Shown here piece by piece: positions 8,983 through 18,299 of a stretch of 64,000 nt of DNA (its first letter is position 1; the number at the start of each line of letters is the position of its first letter). Where the stretch lies: the IMG/VR virus record IMGVR_UViG_3300042922_000270. One strand, given 5' to 3'. Source of the stretch: a virus (lineage: Duplodnaviria > Heunggongvirae > Uroviricota > Caudoviricetes). A program made the translations under genes and the position numbers. The notes beneath the pieces are model-generated. The model worked only from the letters and a program-made list of their open reading frames with translations, did no database searches and was not told the DNA's origin.

Positions 8983-9183
8983 TTATCTGTTACGTCCCCG
9001 ACGCATACGACCGATCTCTTCGAAGTACTGAAGACCTCTCTCGGCTTTCAAGGTGTCTCCACCTTTCTTACCGATCTGGGAGAAGTACTCAGGACCGTAC
9101 TTGGCAGCAGTGGCTTGGCCACCCATGCGACCACATCTTTGATGACGGGCCTTCTTCTCTTCGGGGGTTTCGGACTCAGACAT
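8983..9183 (-). CDS. KGG-repeat general stress-type protein
   Basis: GRMGG...YGPEYFSQIGKKGG...YFEEIGR. Confidence 0.8.
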   Translation of the reverse strand: MSESETPEEKKARHQRCGRMGGQATAAKYGPEYFSQIGKKGGDTLKAERGLQYFEEIGRMRRGRNR

Positions 9184-9221
9184 TGTTTCTCCTATCTCTG
9201 ACTTAGGGGGAACGGGACAAG

Positions 9222-9307
9222 ATGCGGGGGCTGGATTTGAACCAGCGTGTGTATTTCTACACTCCTGCGTATGAGACAGGTGTCATAGGCCGCTAGACGA
9301 CCCCGCG
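9222..9307 (-). tRNA. tRNA(CAT), initiator-like acceptor with long variable arm
   Basis: CGCGGGG/CCCCGCA (C1-A72 mismatch), CCTGT-CTCATAC-GCAGG, variable hairpin GTGTA-GAAA-TACAC. Confidence 0.8.
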
Positions 9308-9320
9308 ATATAGTTTATTT

Positions 9321-9349
9321 AGTTTAACCGCTAATCTTGCGGAAGTCAA
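9321..9349 (-). promoter_or_regulatory. sigma70-like promoter
   Basis: TTGACT-17-TAAACT just upstream of the tRNA. Confidence 0.7.
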
Positions 9350-9480
9350 GAGGGTTAAGATTCAAACTCAGAATCAGCTCATCGAGTGAGATGGTATCGT
9401 CCTTAGAATCTTTCACTGCTTGAATGATGCCACGGATCTGTTCAGGAGGGGTGATGGTCTGCACTGGGTGAGAATCCTTT

Positions 9481-9672
9481 CTACCAATCTAGAATGAAAC
9501 CTGGGATACCAAAGAACTGATCTATTGGATCTGTGTCATTAGCGCCGAGGGCATAAATAAACACAAAGGGCATAAGAGGTAAAGCTAGTACGACAAATGT
9601 AATCATTAGCAGTACCTTTACTACACCTAAGAAAAAGATACCTACTACGGGAATAAACTTATTGTTTCTCAA
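9481..9672 (-). CDS. small membrane protein
   Basis: Long hydrophobic stretch, coupled ORF. Confidence 0.6.
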   Translation of the reverse strand: MRNNKFIPVVGIFFLGVVKVLLMITFVVLALPLMPFVFIYALGANDTDPIDQFFGIPGFILDW

Positions 9673-9977
9673 CTTATTAGAATCCTTGAGTGAGGCCTAT
9701 CTTCTCCCAAGACACACTGGATAATACTAATGGTCTTGTCTTTAAAGAGTAGCTCGTGTAACTTAACTTGATCTTTGACAGGCATCTCATCCAGTTCAAT
9801 ATACTGACAGTTGTTCTTGCGAGCTTCAGCTATGATACCCTCAGCATCAATGTTCTTGATGTTGGAGGATACATACTTAAAGATCTCATAGCCCTTAGGG
9901 AAGACTATGTGTAGTCCCTCTAGCTTAGCTTTAGCGTTGCGCTCTTGATGGTTAACGAATAGGATGTTAGGTTTCAT
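9669..9977 (-). CDS. hypothetical protein
   Basis: Coupled ORF. Confidence 0.65.
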   Translation of the reverse strand: MKPNILFVNHQERNAKAKLEGLHIVFPKGYEIFKYVSSNIKNIDAEGIIAEARKNNCQYIELDEMPVKDQVKLHELLFKDKTISIIQCVLGEDRPHSRILIS

Positions 9978-10216
9978 TTAGTAAATATTATCTCGTAAGT
10001 GCCAGGTTCAAATATCCCCAGGTACTGTTCATTATTAGAATCTTTGTCCCCTGTAAAGAGCTGTATGTTATATTGTCCAGTAGAAGACCAAAAAGTAATA
10101 AAGTGAACGTGGGCTATCTGACCTACGAAATGGTAAGGAGGTATATGTGAATCCCCAGTCCATTCTATCTTAGGACCAGTAATTAGTACTAGGTCGCCGA
10201 TCTGTGGTTTAGTCAT
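9974..10216 (-). CDS. GDLV...FTx family mini-protein
   Basis: PQIGDLVLI ... YEIIFTK*. Confidence 0.8.
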   Translation of the reverse strand: MTKPQIGDLVLITGPKIEWTGDSHIPPYHFVGQIAHVHFITFWSSTGQYNIQLFTGDKDSNNEQYLGIFEPGTYEIIFTK

Positions 10217-10470
10217 TTGGTGAACATTATCTTTACTGACTGAGCATAGACATCTATCTTACGATTATCCTGTTTAAGCTTATACGCTAGGTTGCCGCCC
10301 TCTGTAACGAAGACTTCAGTGATCTCCCAGATACCTTCATACTTAGTATTAGGATTACGTAGCTCCAGGTCATATAAGACTAGATCACCTATCTCGTAAA
10401 CCTCTTCAGGACCATTATAGTATATTGCCCCAGTCTTGGGGTTTGTTCTTCTTTTATTGTATGTGTACAT
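10213..10470 (-). CDS. GDLV...FTx family mini-protein
   Basis: YEIGDLVLY ... VKIMFTK*; start at MYTYNK. Confidence 0.8.
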   Translation of the reverse strand: MYTYNKRRTNPKTGAIYYNGPEEVYEIGDLVLYDLELRNPNTKYEGIWEITEVFVTEGGNLAYKLKQDNRKIDVYAQSVKIMFTK

Positions 10471-10482
10471 GTTAATCCTAAA

Positions 10483-10581
10483 TGGTTGCTGGGGTGGGAT
10501 TCGATACCCACAACGCACTACCTTCGGGCGGTAGAGGCTCTCGGGAAGGACTGTGTTTATCCCTTCTTGGCCTACCCAGCA
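10483..10581 (-). ncRNA. tRNA-like RNA (CCG anticodon) with D-loop hairpin insertion
   Basis: TGCTGGG/CCCAGCA plus encoded ACCA, CTACC-GCCCGAA-GGTAG, 8-nt T-loop TATCGAAT. Confidence 0.65.
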
Positions 10582-10586
10582 ATTAC

Positions 10587-10659
10587 AACCCTAGATGGGA
10601 TTCGAACCCATGACCTATCCTATATTTTACGGAGTGCACTACCACTGTGCTACTAGGGT
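10587..10659 (-). ncRNA. tRNA-like RNA with disrupted anticodon arm
   Basis: Perfect acceptor, D and T arms; anticodon arm TCC-GTAAAATATA-GGA. Confidence 0.65.
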
Positions 10660-10666
10660 TACGGTT

Positions 10667-11059
10667 TTAGCTCAGAATAGCGATCTGCTCATCGATCTCA
10701 GCTTCGGTGAGACCATCGAGTTTCTCGTTCTGCTTGCGCTCCTTGAGTTCCTGGAGCTTGCGGAGCTTCTCAGCGTTGGAAGCCTTGAGATCGGCCTGAG
10801 CCTTCTCATTCTTCTTCACGGTGATGATCTCCATCACGACGCCAAACTTGATCTCCAAGCTGTCGTCCTTCTTGGGAGTATCGCTGACGAAGGAGCCGGT
10901 CTCCGCAGACTCCTTGCGCTGCTTGTCCAGAGCTTTAGCCACCTCATCGAGGGTGCCACCAGTCTTGAGGGGAAGGTCCCACAGCTGCTCCACGGTGAGA
11001 TCACCCTTAGGGCTCGCGAAACGGAGCTTCTTACGGGTCGCTTGAGCGAACAATTCCAT
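10667..11059 (-). CDS. conserved-looking phage hypothetical protein
   Basis: ATRKKLRF.SPKG.LTVEQLWDLPL motif, strong codon bias, SD. Confidence 0.85.
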   Translation of the reverse strand: MELFAQATRKKLRFASPKGDLTVEQLWDLPLKTGGTLDEVAKALDKQRKESAETGSFVSDTPKKDDSLEIKFGVVMEIITVKKNEKAQADLKASNAEKLRKLQELKERKQNEKLDGLTEAEIDEQIAILS

Positions 11060-11090
11060 TGTATTGATTCCCTTTCTATAAGCTCTTGGC

Positions 11091-13229
11091 TTAGAACTTG
11101 AGTTTGAGGACGCGCTTGGTAGCCCCGGTCACACGAACGAAGGCATGATTGGGGGTGGAGTCGTTGAAGCCCAAACCAGACAACTGGTTATCGGTCTCAG
11201 CGGTCTGCATCTTCCTACCAACAAGCTCAAGGGCCTTGCGGTGATCATCGAGATCTGCACGGAGGTATTCGTTGTAGAATCCTCTGGCAGAACCCTCGTT
11301 CACGCAGTTCTTGAGCATGAAGAAGTAGTGCTTGTTACCGATGCCCACCTGTCCATCCCAGTGGTTGGGAGAGAGCATCATCACAGAGACCTCTTGGAAG
11401 GTCTGAGTCTGAAGACCCCAAACCGTACGGCTGGAGGTAGTCTCAGGCAAGTGATGCTTGATGGTGAACTGCCCACCCTTGAGGGTGATCTCAGCTACCG
11501 TTACCCACTGGTTGTAGCTCATGGGCTTGTCGTACTCGTACTGGAAGACCTCACCACCAAACTCAATCTCGGCCTTGAAGCCGCCCTGAGTAGGGGTACG
11601 GTGCTGGTAGTTGTGGACTCGGTAGTAGTAGGTACCTTCCGGCATCTTGCTCAGATCGGGGAACGTGATGTTCTCGACCGGCACGTAGCCAGCAGGAGCA
11701 GCCTGCACGTAGTCCACGTCCTGATTACCACCAGTACGGTTGTGTCTGCGGTGGTTCCAGCCCACACGCTCGCCGTTGCCGTAAGCGGTATGGCCACTGA
11801 AGTGCCCCGTAGGGTTATCGTGACCAGGCATGAACACGTGAGCATCCATCAACGAAGCATTACGCTTGTCGTGGTTCCAGGAGAACGAACAGCGAAGAAC
11901 GCCATCCACTCGACCACCACGAGCCTGCACAGCAGCCCGGATATCCGAGTCAGCCATACCGCCGTTGTAGTCCCAGGAGAAGCCGTTGTTCCACTTGAAG
12001 AGACCAGGACCACCGGGATTAGCCGGAGCCACCAGACTCACCAGATTCGGAGACAGACGGTTCTCGAACATGACTTCCACAGACTTGGCATTAGGAAGGA
12101 TGTCCTTGAGGAACTTCTCGATAGTCACTTCTTCGACCTTATCGAAGTTCTTGACCTTCTCGACAGTCACCGACAGCAGCTCATCGAATACGTTATCCGA
12201 CAAGAGAGGCTTGACCGAGTTGTTGGAGTGCAAGATGTTGTTGATGCTGATGTCGTCCAAGCACGCATACCGACGAGAGAGTTCAGGCATGAGACCGGCT
12301 TGCTCGATCTGAATGCGGAGTTTCTGGATCTGAGCAGGAGTGGCTTCAGCTTTGGGACGCTTGTAGCTATCAGGAGCCATGACGTTCTTCTCGAACCTGT
12401 TCAAGGCATCATCAACATCAAGCGGCTCGATAGCAGGAGAATCCTCGCGAGCAGGTTGGCCGGACAGATCGATCAGCAGAGTACCGATGGCACTTCCACG
12501 GATACGAGCTACCGGTTCAGGGGCAACACCAACCTGAGACCAGACAAAGAGGGTTCTCTGGTCTTCGTTGGCACCAGCACCCTCAACAAGAGGAAGCTTG
12601 TCGTAGACTGTCTTGAGCTTCTTAAACTCAGTGACAGACCACTTGAACTCAGGACCACGATAGATGCTGTTCTGAGCAATCAGCTCCAACACCGTATCGA
12701 TCGCCTCCATGGTGATCTCAGCCAACCCACGCGACATGACCTGATAGGTCGAGCGAGAGTCGGACAGGAGCTTACCAATCGAAGCTGGGCTAGCTTGGTT
12801 GTTCTTCGGGATGTTCACGAAGAAGTGGTTCCAGCTCTTGATGCTCTTATCGATCAACTGCTGAAGGGTCTTATCCTTACCAGCAGTCGGTTCGATATGG
12901 TAGAACTGATCCTGAATGGCGTCAGCCTTAACGAGAACCGAGAGGGCATCAGCCACTACCTGGTACTCGTCGTTGACCTTGATGTCCCAGATGGAGACGA
13001 TCTTACCATCAACGATGGCCACCACGTTACCGACAGCACGGATGAACGACTTGCAGCAGTTGCAGTCGTGTTCAGTGGTGATCTTGTAGATGGGATCAGT
13101 TCCAGCAGGGAAGCTGCCCAGATAGGTAGACCACAAAGCTTCCTTCGAGGTAGCCGTGCGGAACAGCGGGTACTTACTCATCTGAGATAGTCGATTTGCT
13201 ACGGCGACCTGGAAGGCCTTGAAGTCCAT
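11091..13229 (-). CDS. large phage hypothetical protein with Cys/His motif
   Basis: 712 aa, EHDCNCCKSF, AAGGAG SD. Confidence 0.9.
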   Translation of the reverse strand: MDFKAFQVAVANRLSQMSKYPLFRTATSKEALWSTYLGSFPAGTDPIYKITTEHDCNCCKSFIRAVGNVVAIVDGKIVSIWDIKVNDEYQVVADALSVLVKADAIQDQFYHIEPTAGKDKTLQQLIDKSIKSWNHFFVNIPKNNQASPASIGKLLSDSRSTYQVMSRGLAEITMEAIDTVLELIAQNSIYRGPEFKWSVTEFKKLKTVYDKLPLVEGAGANEDQRTLFVWSQVGVAPEPVARIRGSAIGTLLIDLSGQPAREDSPAIEPLDVDDALNRFEKNVMAPDSYKRPKAEATPAQIQKLRIQIEQAGLMPELSRRYACLDDISINNILHSNNSVKPLLSDNVFDELLSVTVEKVKNFDKVEEVTIEKFLKDILPNAKSVEVMFENRLSPNLVSLVAPANPGGPGLFKWNNGFSWDYNGGMADSDIRAAVQARGGRVDGVLRCSFSWNHDKRNASLMDAHVFMPGHDNPTGHFSGHTAYGNGERVGWNHRRHNRTGGNQDVDYVQAAPAGYVPVENITFPDLSKMPEGTYYYRVHNYQHRTPTQGGFKAEIEFGGEVFQYEYDKPMSYNQWVTVAEITLKGGQFTIKHHLPETTSSRTVWGLQTQTFQEVSVMMLSPNHWDGQVGIGNKHYFFMLKNCVNEGSARGFYNEYLRADLDDHRKALELVGRKMQTAETDNQLSGLGFNDSTPNHAFVRVTGATKRVLKLKF

Positions 13230-13269
13230 TCTATCTAACTCCTTAACTATGTTGGGTACTAAAACTTTA

Positions 13270-13776
13270 GGTTGTCCTTTCTCCGGTGGGAGCTGCCTCC
13301 ATTAAACCAGAGTGCGACGGACAGTTAGGTACCCTCCGCAGGGGTACACCTTAAGGGTACGTATGCACGTACCAATCTCATGGGCCTCAAACCTAGGACG
13401 CACGCAGGTAGTAAGCATAGCCGCACTACGGTCCTGAATAGCAGGACACATTGGCGATTCTCCCGACTACTATCCGTGGGCACTGTTGTAGCATCTTCTA
13501 CTGTGGGATTCAATCTGCTGGCCGTTTAGGTTGGTAAAACCAGCATCTCTATCCCGCTACTAGTGCAAACCCCATGAGAATTTAAGGGTATATAGGTTAA
13601 GTACCATTTAGACTCGCCAGGTAACCCTGCAGTCGCCTACCCCTATATACCCAATTCAAAGGAGCAGCGGCCAAGCTTTACCACGTCAGTAATAAAGTGC
13701 TGCTCCTAACGTTCGATGCAACCTACCAGCCGAGACTGCCGAGAATAGGGCCACCTACTCCTTGCACTGTTGCATC
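13270..13776 (-). ncRNA. cluster of putative structured ncRNAs
   Basis: Successive units closed by long helices: 13376-13579, 13586-13652, 13661-13706, 13715-13776. Confidence 0.55.
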
Positions 13777-13779
13777 TAG

Positions 13780-13848
13780 AATCCTTATCGCGAATCGAAC
13801 GCGCTAGACCTCTAATCACGAGGAGTGTTACCAATACACCATAAGGAT
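13780..13848 (-). ncRNA. tRNA-like RNA (atypical GAT anticodon arm)
   Basis: ATCCTTA/TAAGGAT acceptor, GTGT/ACAC D stem, CCTC-GTGATTA-GAGG, T-loop TTCGATT. Confidence 0.6.
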
Positions 13849-14268
13849 TATCTTATTAACTTGGCTACATTAGCAGCCACTAGAGTCTCACCAATATGTG
13901 GAGGCACGTACCTACGATCGCCTACCTTGTAAGTCACATACTTACCATTGGGCTGCATAGGAAAGTACCACCAGTCTTCTACTGGTTGGGTGAACTCTAC
14001 TACCCACTCTTTATCTACCACAGTGGTGTCCTCTAAAAGGGTGCCCCCGCACTGGTTACTTCCAGCTCAGTCCCGCCGAGGCAGGACCACCAATAAACTC
14101 TACTGGTTGGGGACATAAAGTTAGGTTAGTATTCTTACGGTTGGCTTAGGTACATCGATGCAGAGCTTCTTACCGCTTAGGAACCTAATAACATAAACAT
14201 CATTATGCTCAGACTCTTTCAGCTCAAAAGACTCTACAGTCTCGCCCACCAACTGGGACTCAACCCAG

Positions 14269-14658
14269 TTAGACATGTTTAAGGAACCCTGAGAGGTCGT
14301 AGATGGACTCCCAAGGGATAGGAGTCCTGCCCACGACACCCTCACGAGTGAAGCTGACCTGGAACTCTTCGATGATGTACTGAGTGACCTCAAATTGGTA
14401 CAGTTCGTAACCAGCTTGCTTCAACTCGAAAGCATCAAGAGGGGAGAACCAGTAGTTCATGCTGGCCACGTCGATGGCAGCAGAGTACCACCGGTACCCA
14501 TCCTTACCGAAGCGCTCACAGAAGCCCATAGGCAGGTCTGCGGTCTTACCCTCAGTAAGTGTGTGAACGAAACCATTGTAGGATCCGTCTCGGTTGTACC
14601 ACATACCACTTTCGGTATTAGGGTTCTCGATACGGTAGACGGCGAGTGCTACAGTCAT
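14269..14658 (-). CDS. hypothetical protein
   Basis: 129 aa, GAGGT SD. Confidence 0.8.
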   Translation of the reverse strand: MTVALAVYRIENPNTESGMWYNRDGSYNGFVHTLTEGKTADLPMGFCERFGKDGYRWYSAAIDVASMNYWFSPLDAFELKQAGYELYQFEVTQYIIEEFQVSFTREGVVGRTPIPWESIYDLSGFLKHV

Positions 14659-14778
14659 TCATACCTCTTGGCTGCCTTAAGGCATACACGATAGACAACT
14701 CTCCAGAAAAGCTTCTGCTTAGCTAGAGAACTAATTAACGCCTTCTCAGCAGCTACCTTAGCAGCTTCCTCAAAGATG

Positions 14779-15012
14779 TTAGACATCACGCAGGTTCTTG
14801 GGCATGTAGAAAGCAAGGCCACCCTTCAGGCCGATCTCTGAGAAGTGCTCAGGACCATGGTTCTCAAGGGTCTTCTTGCCACCTATTCTGCCAACAGCAG
14901 AGAAGTACTCGGGACCGTACTTCTTCTTAACGGCCAGGCCACCCTTGCGGCCTGCTGCGACACAACGGGGATCCCCCTTCTGGGGTCCAGGCTTCTTCTT
15001 GACTTGATCCAT
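14779..15012 (-). CDS. KGG-repeat general stress-type protein
   Basis: GRKGG...YGPEYFSAVGRIGG...HGPEHFSEIGLKGG. Confidence 0.8.
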   Translation of the reverse strand: MDQVKKKPGPQKGDPRCVAAGRKGGLAVKKKYGPEYFSAVGRIGGKKTLENHGPEHFSEIGLKGGLAFYMPKNLRDV

Positions 15013-15032
15013 GGAGGGGTTCCTTTCTCTGA

Positions 15033-15455
15033 TTAGGTGAACTTGCTAGTTACATCCTGTAGCGTGATCTTCTCAGGTATGTGCTCGATCTTGATAGATT
15101 CGAATACACGGGTGGCGTAGTACTCACTAGAACCGAAGCCTAGCTCGTATAGAAGACACTCTTCAACACCCTCTGGGTCGTCACAGTACTTTGGACGATC
15201 AGGGTGTTGGTCTATGACCTTCTGTAGAGCTTCATGATATGCTTCCATCTCATGTTCGCTAGGCTCATACATGTTACCGAAACATTTTGTATCGTTACGG
15301 CCATTCTTACTTCTTAGTAGTTTACAGACAGCTACAATAAAAGGGACATGCTTTTCGGGCACTCCCTCAATGGTTTCGGTTCTGTAGTTATCTGCATCGT
15401 TCTCCCAGGTCGTAACACTGATACGATAACCGGGAGGAATAATAGTTTGACTCAT
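15033..15455 (-). CDS. hypothetical protein
   Basis: 140-aa ORF. Confidence 0.75.
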   Translation of the reverse strand: MSQTIIPPGYRISVTTWENDADNYRTETIEGVPEKHVPFIVAVCKLLRSKNGRNDTKCFGNMYEPSEHEMEAYHEALQKVIDQHPDRPKYCDDPEGVEECLLYELGFGSSEYYATRVFESIKIEHIPEKITLQDVTSKFT

Positions 15456-15489
15456 TTATGTTTGTTTATACCTATTTGATTAAATTTAG

Positions 15490-15560
15490 TACCAGTAGCT
15501 AGAATTGAACTAGCGATCGAGGAGTATGAACCCTCTGCCTTACCACTTGGCTATACTGGC
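15490..15560 (-). tRNA. tRNA-Met(CAT)
   Basis: GAGGG-TTCATAC-TCCTC. Confidence 0.9.
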
Positions 15561-15572
15561 TTAGGTGTGAGC

Positions 15573-15923
15573 TTAGCTCACGAAGTTGATACCAGGAAAC
15601 CTATATCCCACAGCAGCTCTGCCAGGAACAAATACTAAGTTCTCTTCTTGGGGATTGTCATGCACGTAGGTACATTGTAACTCTGCACGCTCAATCACAT
15701 AGGGTTGGAAGGCCTTCAGTAGATCATGGATCTTGGTGAGGCTGTTTCCTGTGAAGTCGTAAGGACCAATGTTAAAGGTAAGCTGAATAGCCACACCCTT
15801 TTCAATAGTCTCTACACCGATAAACCTTGGAGGTAGCTTAGCATCAAGCTGAACAAAGAGGTCTTCAACCTCAGGAACGTCTATCAACAGAAGACTGCCC
15901 CTGACAGTAAGTTCAGTAGTCAT
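15573..15923 (-). CDS. hypothetical protein
   Basis: 116 aa with SD. Confidence 0.7.
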   Translation of the reverse strand: MTTELTVRGSLLLIDVPEVEDLFVQLDAKLPPRFIGVETIEKGVAIQLTFNIGPYDFTGNSLTKIHDLLKAFQPYVIERAELQCTYVHDNPQEENLVFVPGRAAVGYRFPGINFVS

Positions 15924-15933
15924 AAGGCCCTTT

Positions 15934-16134
15934 CTATTTAGTAAACATAGGTATCAGACAGTCTATAGGTATACTCTTATAGAGTTCATCTGTTACCTTA
16001 ATCATAGCCCACTTGTCGTTGACGTTTATAACCTCAACTATGAGACCATTCATACCACTAAACATCTTACGTCCCATTGGACTAAGATGACCAGTATATA
16101 GATCAATTCTTACTAAGTCACCTATGTTTATCAT
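15934..16134 (-). CDS. GDLV...FTx family mini-protein
   Basis: MINIGDLVRI ... LIPMFTK*. Confidence 0.8.
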   Translation of the reverse strand: MINIGDLVRIDLYTGHLSPMGRKMFSGMNGLIVEVINVNDKWAMIKVTDELYKSIPIDCLIPMFTK

Positions 16135-16385
16135 TTGGTGAATATTGATTCCAGTTCCGACTTAGCAAATACTATCGGAAGGGGATAATCAGGAAACTTA
16201 ACTTGGATAGTCCCGGTCTGCTTGTTAAGCCTTACCACCTCTCCAATGTGACCCAATCGGGCTTCACGGATAGGTTGGATATATTTAATCCATCCAGACA
16301 TACCCCTAGTCTGTTTGACTGGGAATGCCTTGAGGTAGGGCTTTACTTGCATAACGATGACTAAGTCACCAAGTTGATGTTTCAC
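16131..16385 (-). CDS. GDLV...FTx family mini-protein
   Basis: QLGDLVIV ... ELESIFTK*. Confidence 0.8.
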   Translation of the reverse strand: MKHQLGDLVIVMQVKPYLKAFPVKQTRGMSGWIKYIQPIREARLGHIGEVVRLNKQTGTIQVKFPDYPLPIVFAKSELESIFTK

Positions 16386-16388
16386 GTG

Positions 16389-16802
16389 TTACCAGAAGCA
16401 ACCGTAGCCAGGAACGTCACCCCAAGGTAACCAACTGACTAGATCGTCATCTACAATCTCGTATTCGAACGATGGGTCTATATGCTTTAAGATAGATAAC
16501 CATAGCTGAGGAAGCGTATCTATGTCTACAGTGTAGTTCTCTTCTTCGTCATACTCTATATACTGATTCAGGTTGAATCCCTGATCTAATAGAATCTTAG
16601 CTATCTTACGTGGAATAGAGTTATCTTCATAGTCTGAAGCTATCTCACCAATCCTAAAGCCTAGCTTAGTATTACACGACTTATGAATCTTGTCTAGCTG
16701 CTCTTTTGTCTTGTTAGTCTTGAATACAAAGGTGTCAGTCTTACCATGACCGTCATCTGAGTAGTCACCAATAGTTGATTTGTATGTGTACTTTAAATCC
16801 AT
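16389..16802 (-). CDS. hypothetical protein
   Basis: Start MDLKY; IGDYSDDGHG motif. Confidence 0.7.
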   Translation of the reverse strand: MDLKYTYKSTIGDYSDDGHGKTDTFVFKTNKTKEQLDKIHKSCNTKLGFRIGEIASDYEDNSIPRKIAKILLDQGFNLNQYIEYDEEENYTVDIDTLPQLWLSILKHIDPSFEYEIVDDDLVSWLPWGDVPGYGCFW

Positions 16803-16810
16803 GTGTAACC

Positions 16811-16843
16811 AAAATAAAAGGACACCCTCACGTGAGGGTGTCC
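16811..16843 (-). terminator. intrinsic terminator after tRNA-Gly
   Basis: GGACACCCTC/GAGGGTGTCC plus TTTTATTTT. Confidence 0.8.
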
Positions 16844-16848
16844 ATAAG

Positions 16849-16920
16849 AGCACTTGAGGGGATTTGAACCCCTGACCTTCTGCATGGCAAGCAGACGCAC
16901 TACCACTGTGCTACAAGTGC
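16849..16920 (-). tRNA. tRNA-Gly(GCC)
   Basis: TCTGC-TTGCCAT-GCAGA. Confidence 0.95.
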
Positions 16921-16924
16921 ATAG

Positions 16925-16996
16925 CTCCCAGGACTGGGATCGAACCAGTGACCATCCGCTTAACAGGCGGACGCTCTACCGCTGAGCTACCTGGGA
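16925..16996 (-). tRNA. tRNA-Asn(GTT)
   Basis: TCCGC-CTGTTAA-GCGGA. Confidence 0.95.
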
Positions 16997-17039
16997 TCAC
17001 GTGAGCAGATAACTACTCACAAATTTATAATACTATATG

Positions 17040-17816
17040 CTAGTCCGTGCTGTCAAGATAATCCAGAATTGGGGCAAGCCTAACATCTGGGATCTCTTGA
17101 TCTATATGTATGATAGACCTGATGGCCTTGGTGGCTTTCTTAAGCATAGGGTTGTATCCTTGCACAACAGTCTTCTTGCGGTAGAGGATACTACCTCTCT
17201 TCTTCCAGCCAGCAACTTCATTGAAGTTAATAGCATGATGAACAAAGAGGTAATCGTTCTGCCACCCAACAGCTTTATTCTGCATACGGGAGGTGGCTTC
17301 ACTATGGGTAGCTCCACCCATCACCAAACCCCAGAACACTAGAAGATTCCTACAGTTCTTGACTGAGTCTTCTATACGCCAATGTAGGTTCTCCTGTACA
17401 TGCTGGCGAGTAGGCATGACAATAACTCTAGCATCAAAAGATGGATGCAGGTGTACGTATAGACTGTGCTCTAGCTCGAATCTAAGTATACTAGAGGCCT
17501 TGCCGGCCAGTACAGTTGCAATCTTCTCAGGACGCCTACCAAAGTATTGTGTATCTCTCTGGAAGACTAGAGTAATCTCATCTGATTGGGTATAGCCATA
17601 AGCTATCTCAGGGACCTCTTCCATAAGAGTCTTAACGGTCTGTACCATACAATCTGAGAAGAACTTACTAAAAGGTTTCTCTATACCTAGCTCTTTGGTG
17701 AGCCTACTAAAACCTACACCATCTAGCCTAACCATTATGTACATATCGGGAAGCACTACATTATCTTTGTAGGCCTCAAACTTCTTCATACGAATATCTA
17801 GATCGGAATGTCCCAT
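17040..17816 (-). CDS. thg1: tRNA(His) guanylyltransferase Thg1 / Thg1-like 3'-5' polymerase
   Basis: VRLDGxGFSRLT, YTQSDEI, FDARV, WKKRG motifs. Confidence 0.92.
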   Translation of the reverse strand: MGHSDLDIRMKKFEAYKDNVVLPDMYIMVRLDGVGFSRLTKELGIEKPFSKFFSDCMVQTVKTLMEEVPEIAYGYTQSDEITLVFQRDTQYFGRRPEKIATVLAGKASSILRFELEHSLYVHLHPSFDARVIVMPTRQHVQENLHWRIEDSVKNCRNLLVFWGLVMGGATHSEATSRMQNKAVGWQNDYLFVHHAINFNEVAGWKKRGSILYRKKTVVQGYNPMLKKATKAIRSIIHIDQEIPDVRLAPILDYLDSTD

Positions 17817-17838
17817 TAGAATAAACCTCAGGGGATAG

Positions 17839-17910
17839 ACCCCATAGCAAGAATTGAACTTGGATCGGTCAGTTATAAGCTGACTGCTCTAACCATTGAG
17901 CTATATGGGG
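17839..17910 (-). tRNA. tRNA-Ile(TAT)
   Basis: GTCAG-CTTATAA-CTGAC. Confidence 0.88.
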
Positions 17911-17940
17911 ATGAGCCTAGGACAGATGCCTAGGACAAAG

Positions 17941-18288
17941 TTAGAATGCTTTGGTAACCGTGAGAATATCCTGATACTTAGCATTGACGCTAGCAATCAG
18001 GTCATCACCCATATAGGGCAAGTCAACATCGCGGTCCATTAGCTGTAGAGAGAACCCTTCATCACTAAGAAGGGTTTCGTCGTTAGCAATCCAAGCCTTA
18101 TCAACTACGGCATGAAGCTGCTCAATCTCGCTAGCGGTCTGCTCTTCATCAAGATCATAGCTCTCGATCCTGGCAGTGATAGCATCTTTAAACTCTTGTT
18201 TAGTGGGGATACCATTGAAAACGAAGATAGCGGTGAGGTCGTCTAGAATAGGACCAAAGGTTTCTAGGGACACGGTTAGGATTTTCAT
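17941..18288 (-). CDS. hypothetical acidic protein
   Basis: 115-aa ORF. Confidence 0.7.
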   Translation of the reverse strand: MKILTVSLETFGPILDDLTAIFVFNGIPTKQEFKDAITARIESYDLDEEQTASEIEQLHAVVDKAWIANDETLLSDEGFSLQLMDRDVDLPYMGDDLIASVNAKYQDILTVTKAF

Positions 18289-18299
18289 TATGTTCTTTC

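Noticed and set aside
11145-13190. 681-aa plus-strand ORF (likewise 35263, 36182, 37197, 42953, 46430, 49083)
   Set aside because: Antisense shadows of codon-biased minus-strand genes
13978-14111. 13-nt direct repeat TCTACTGGTTGGG
   Set aside because: Only two copies; could be chance or a small duplication
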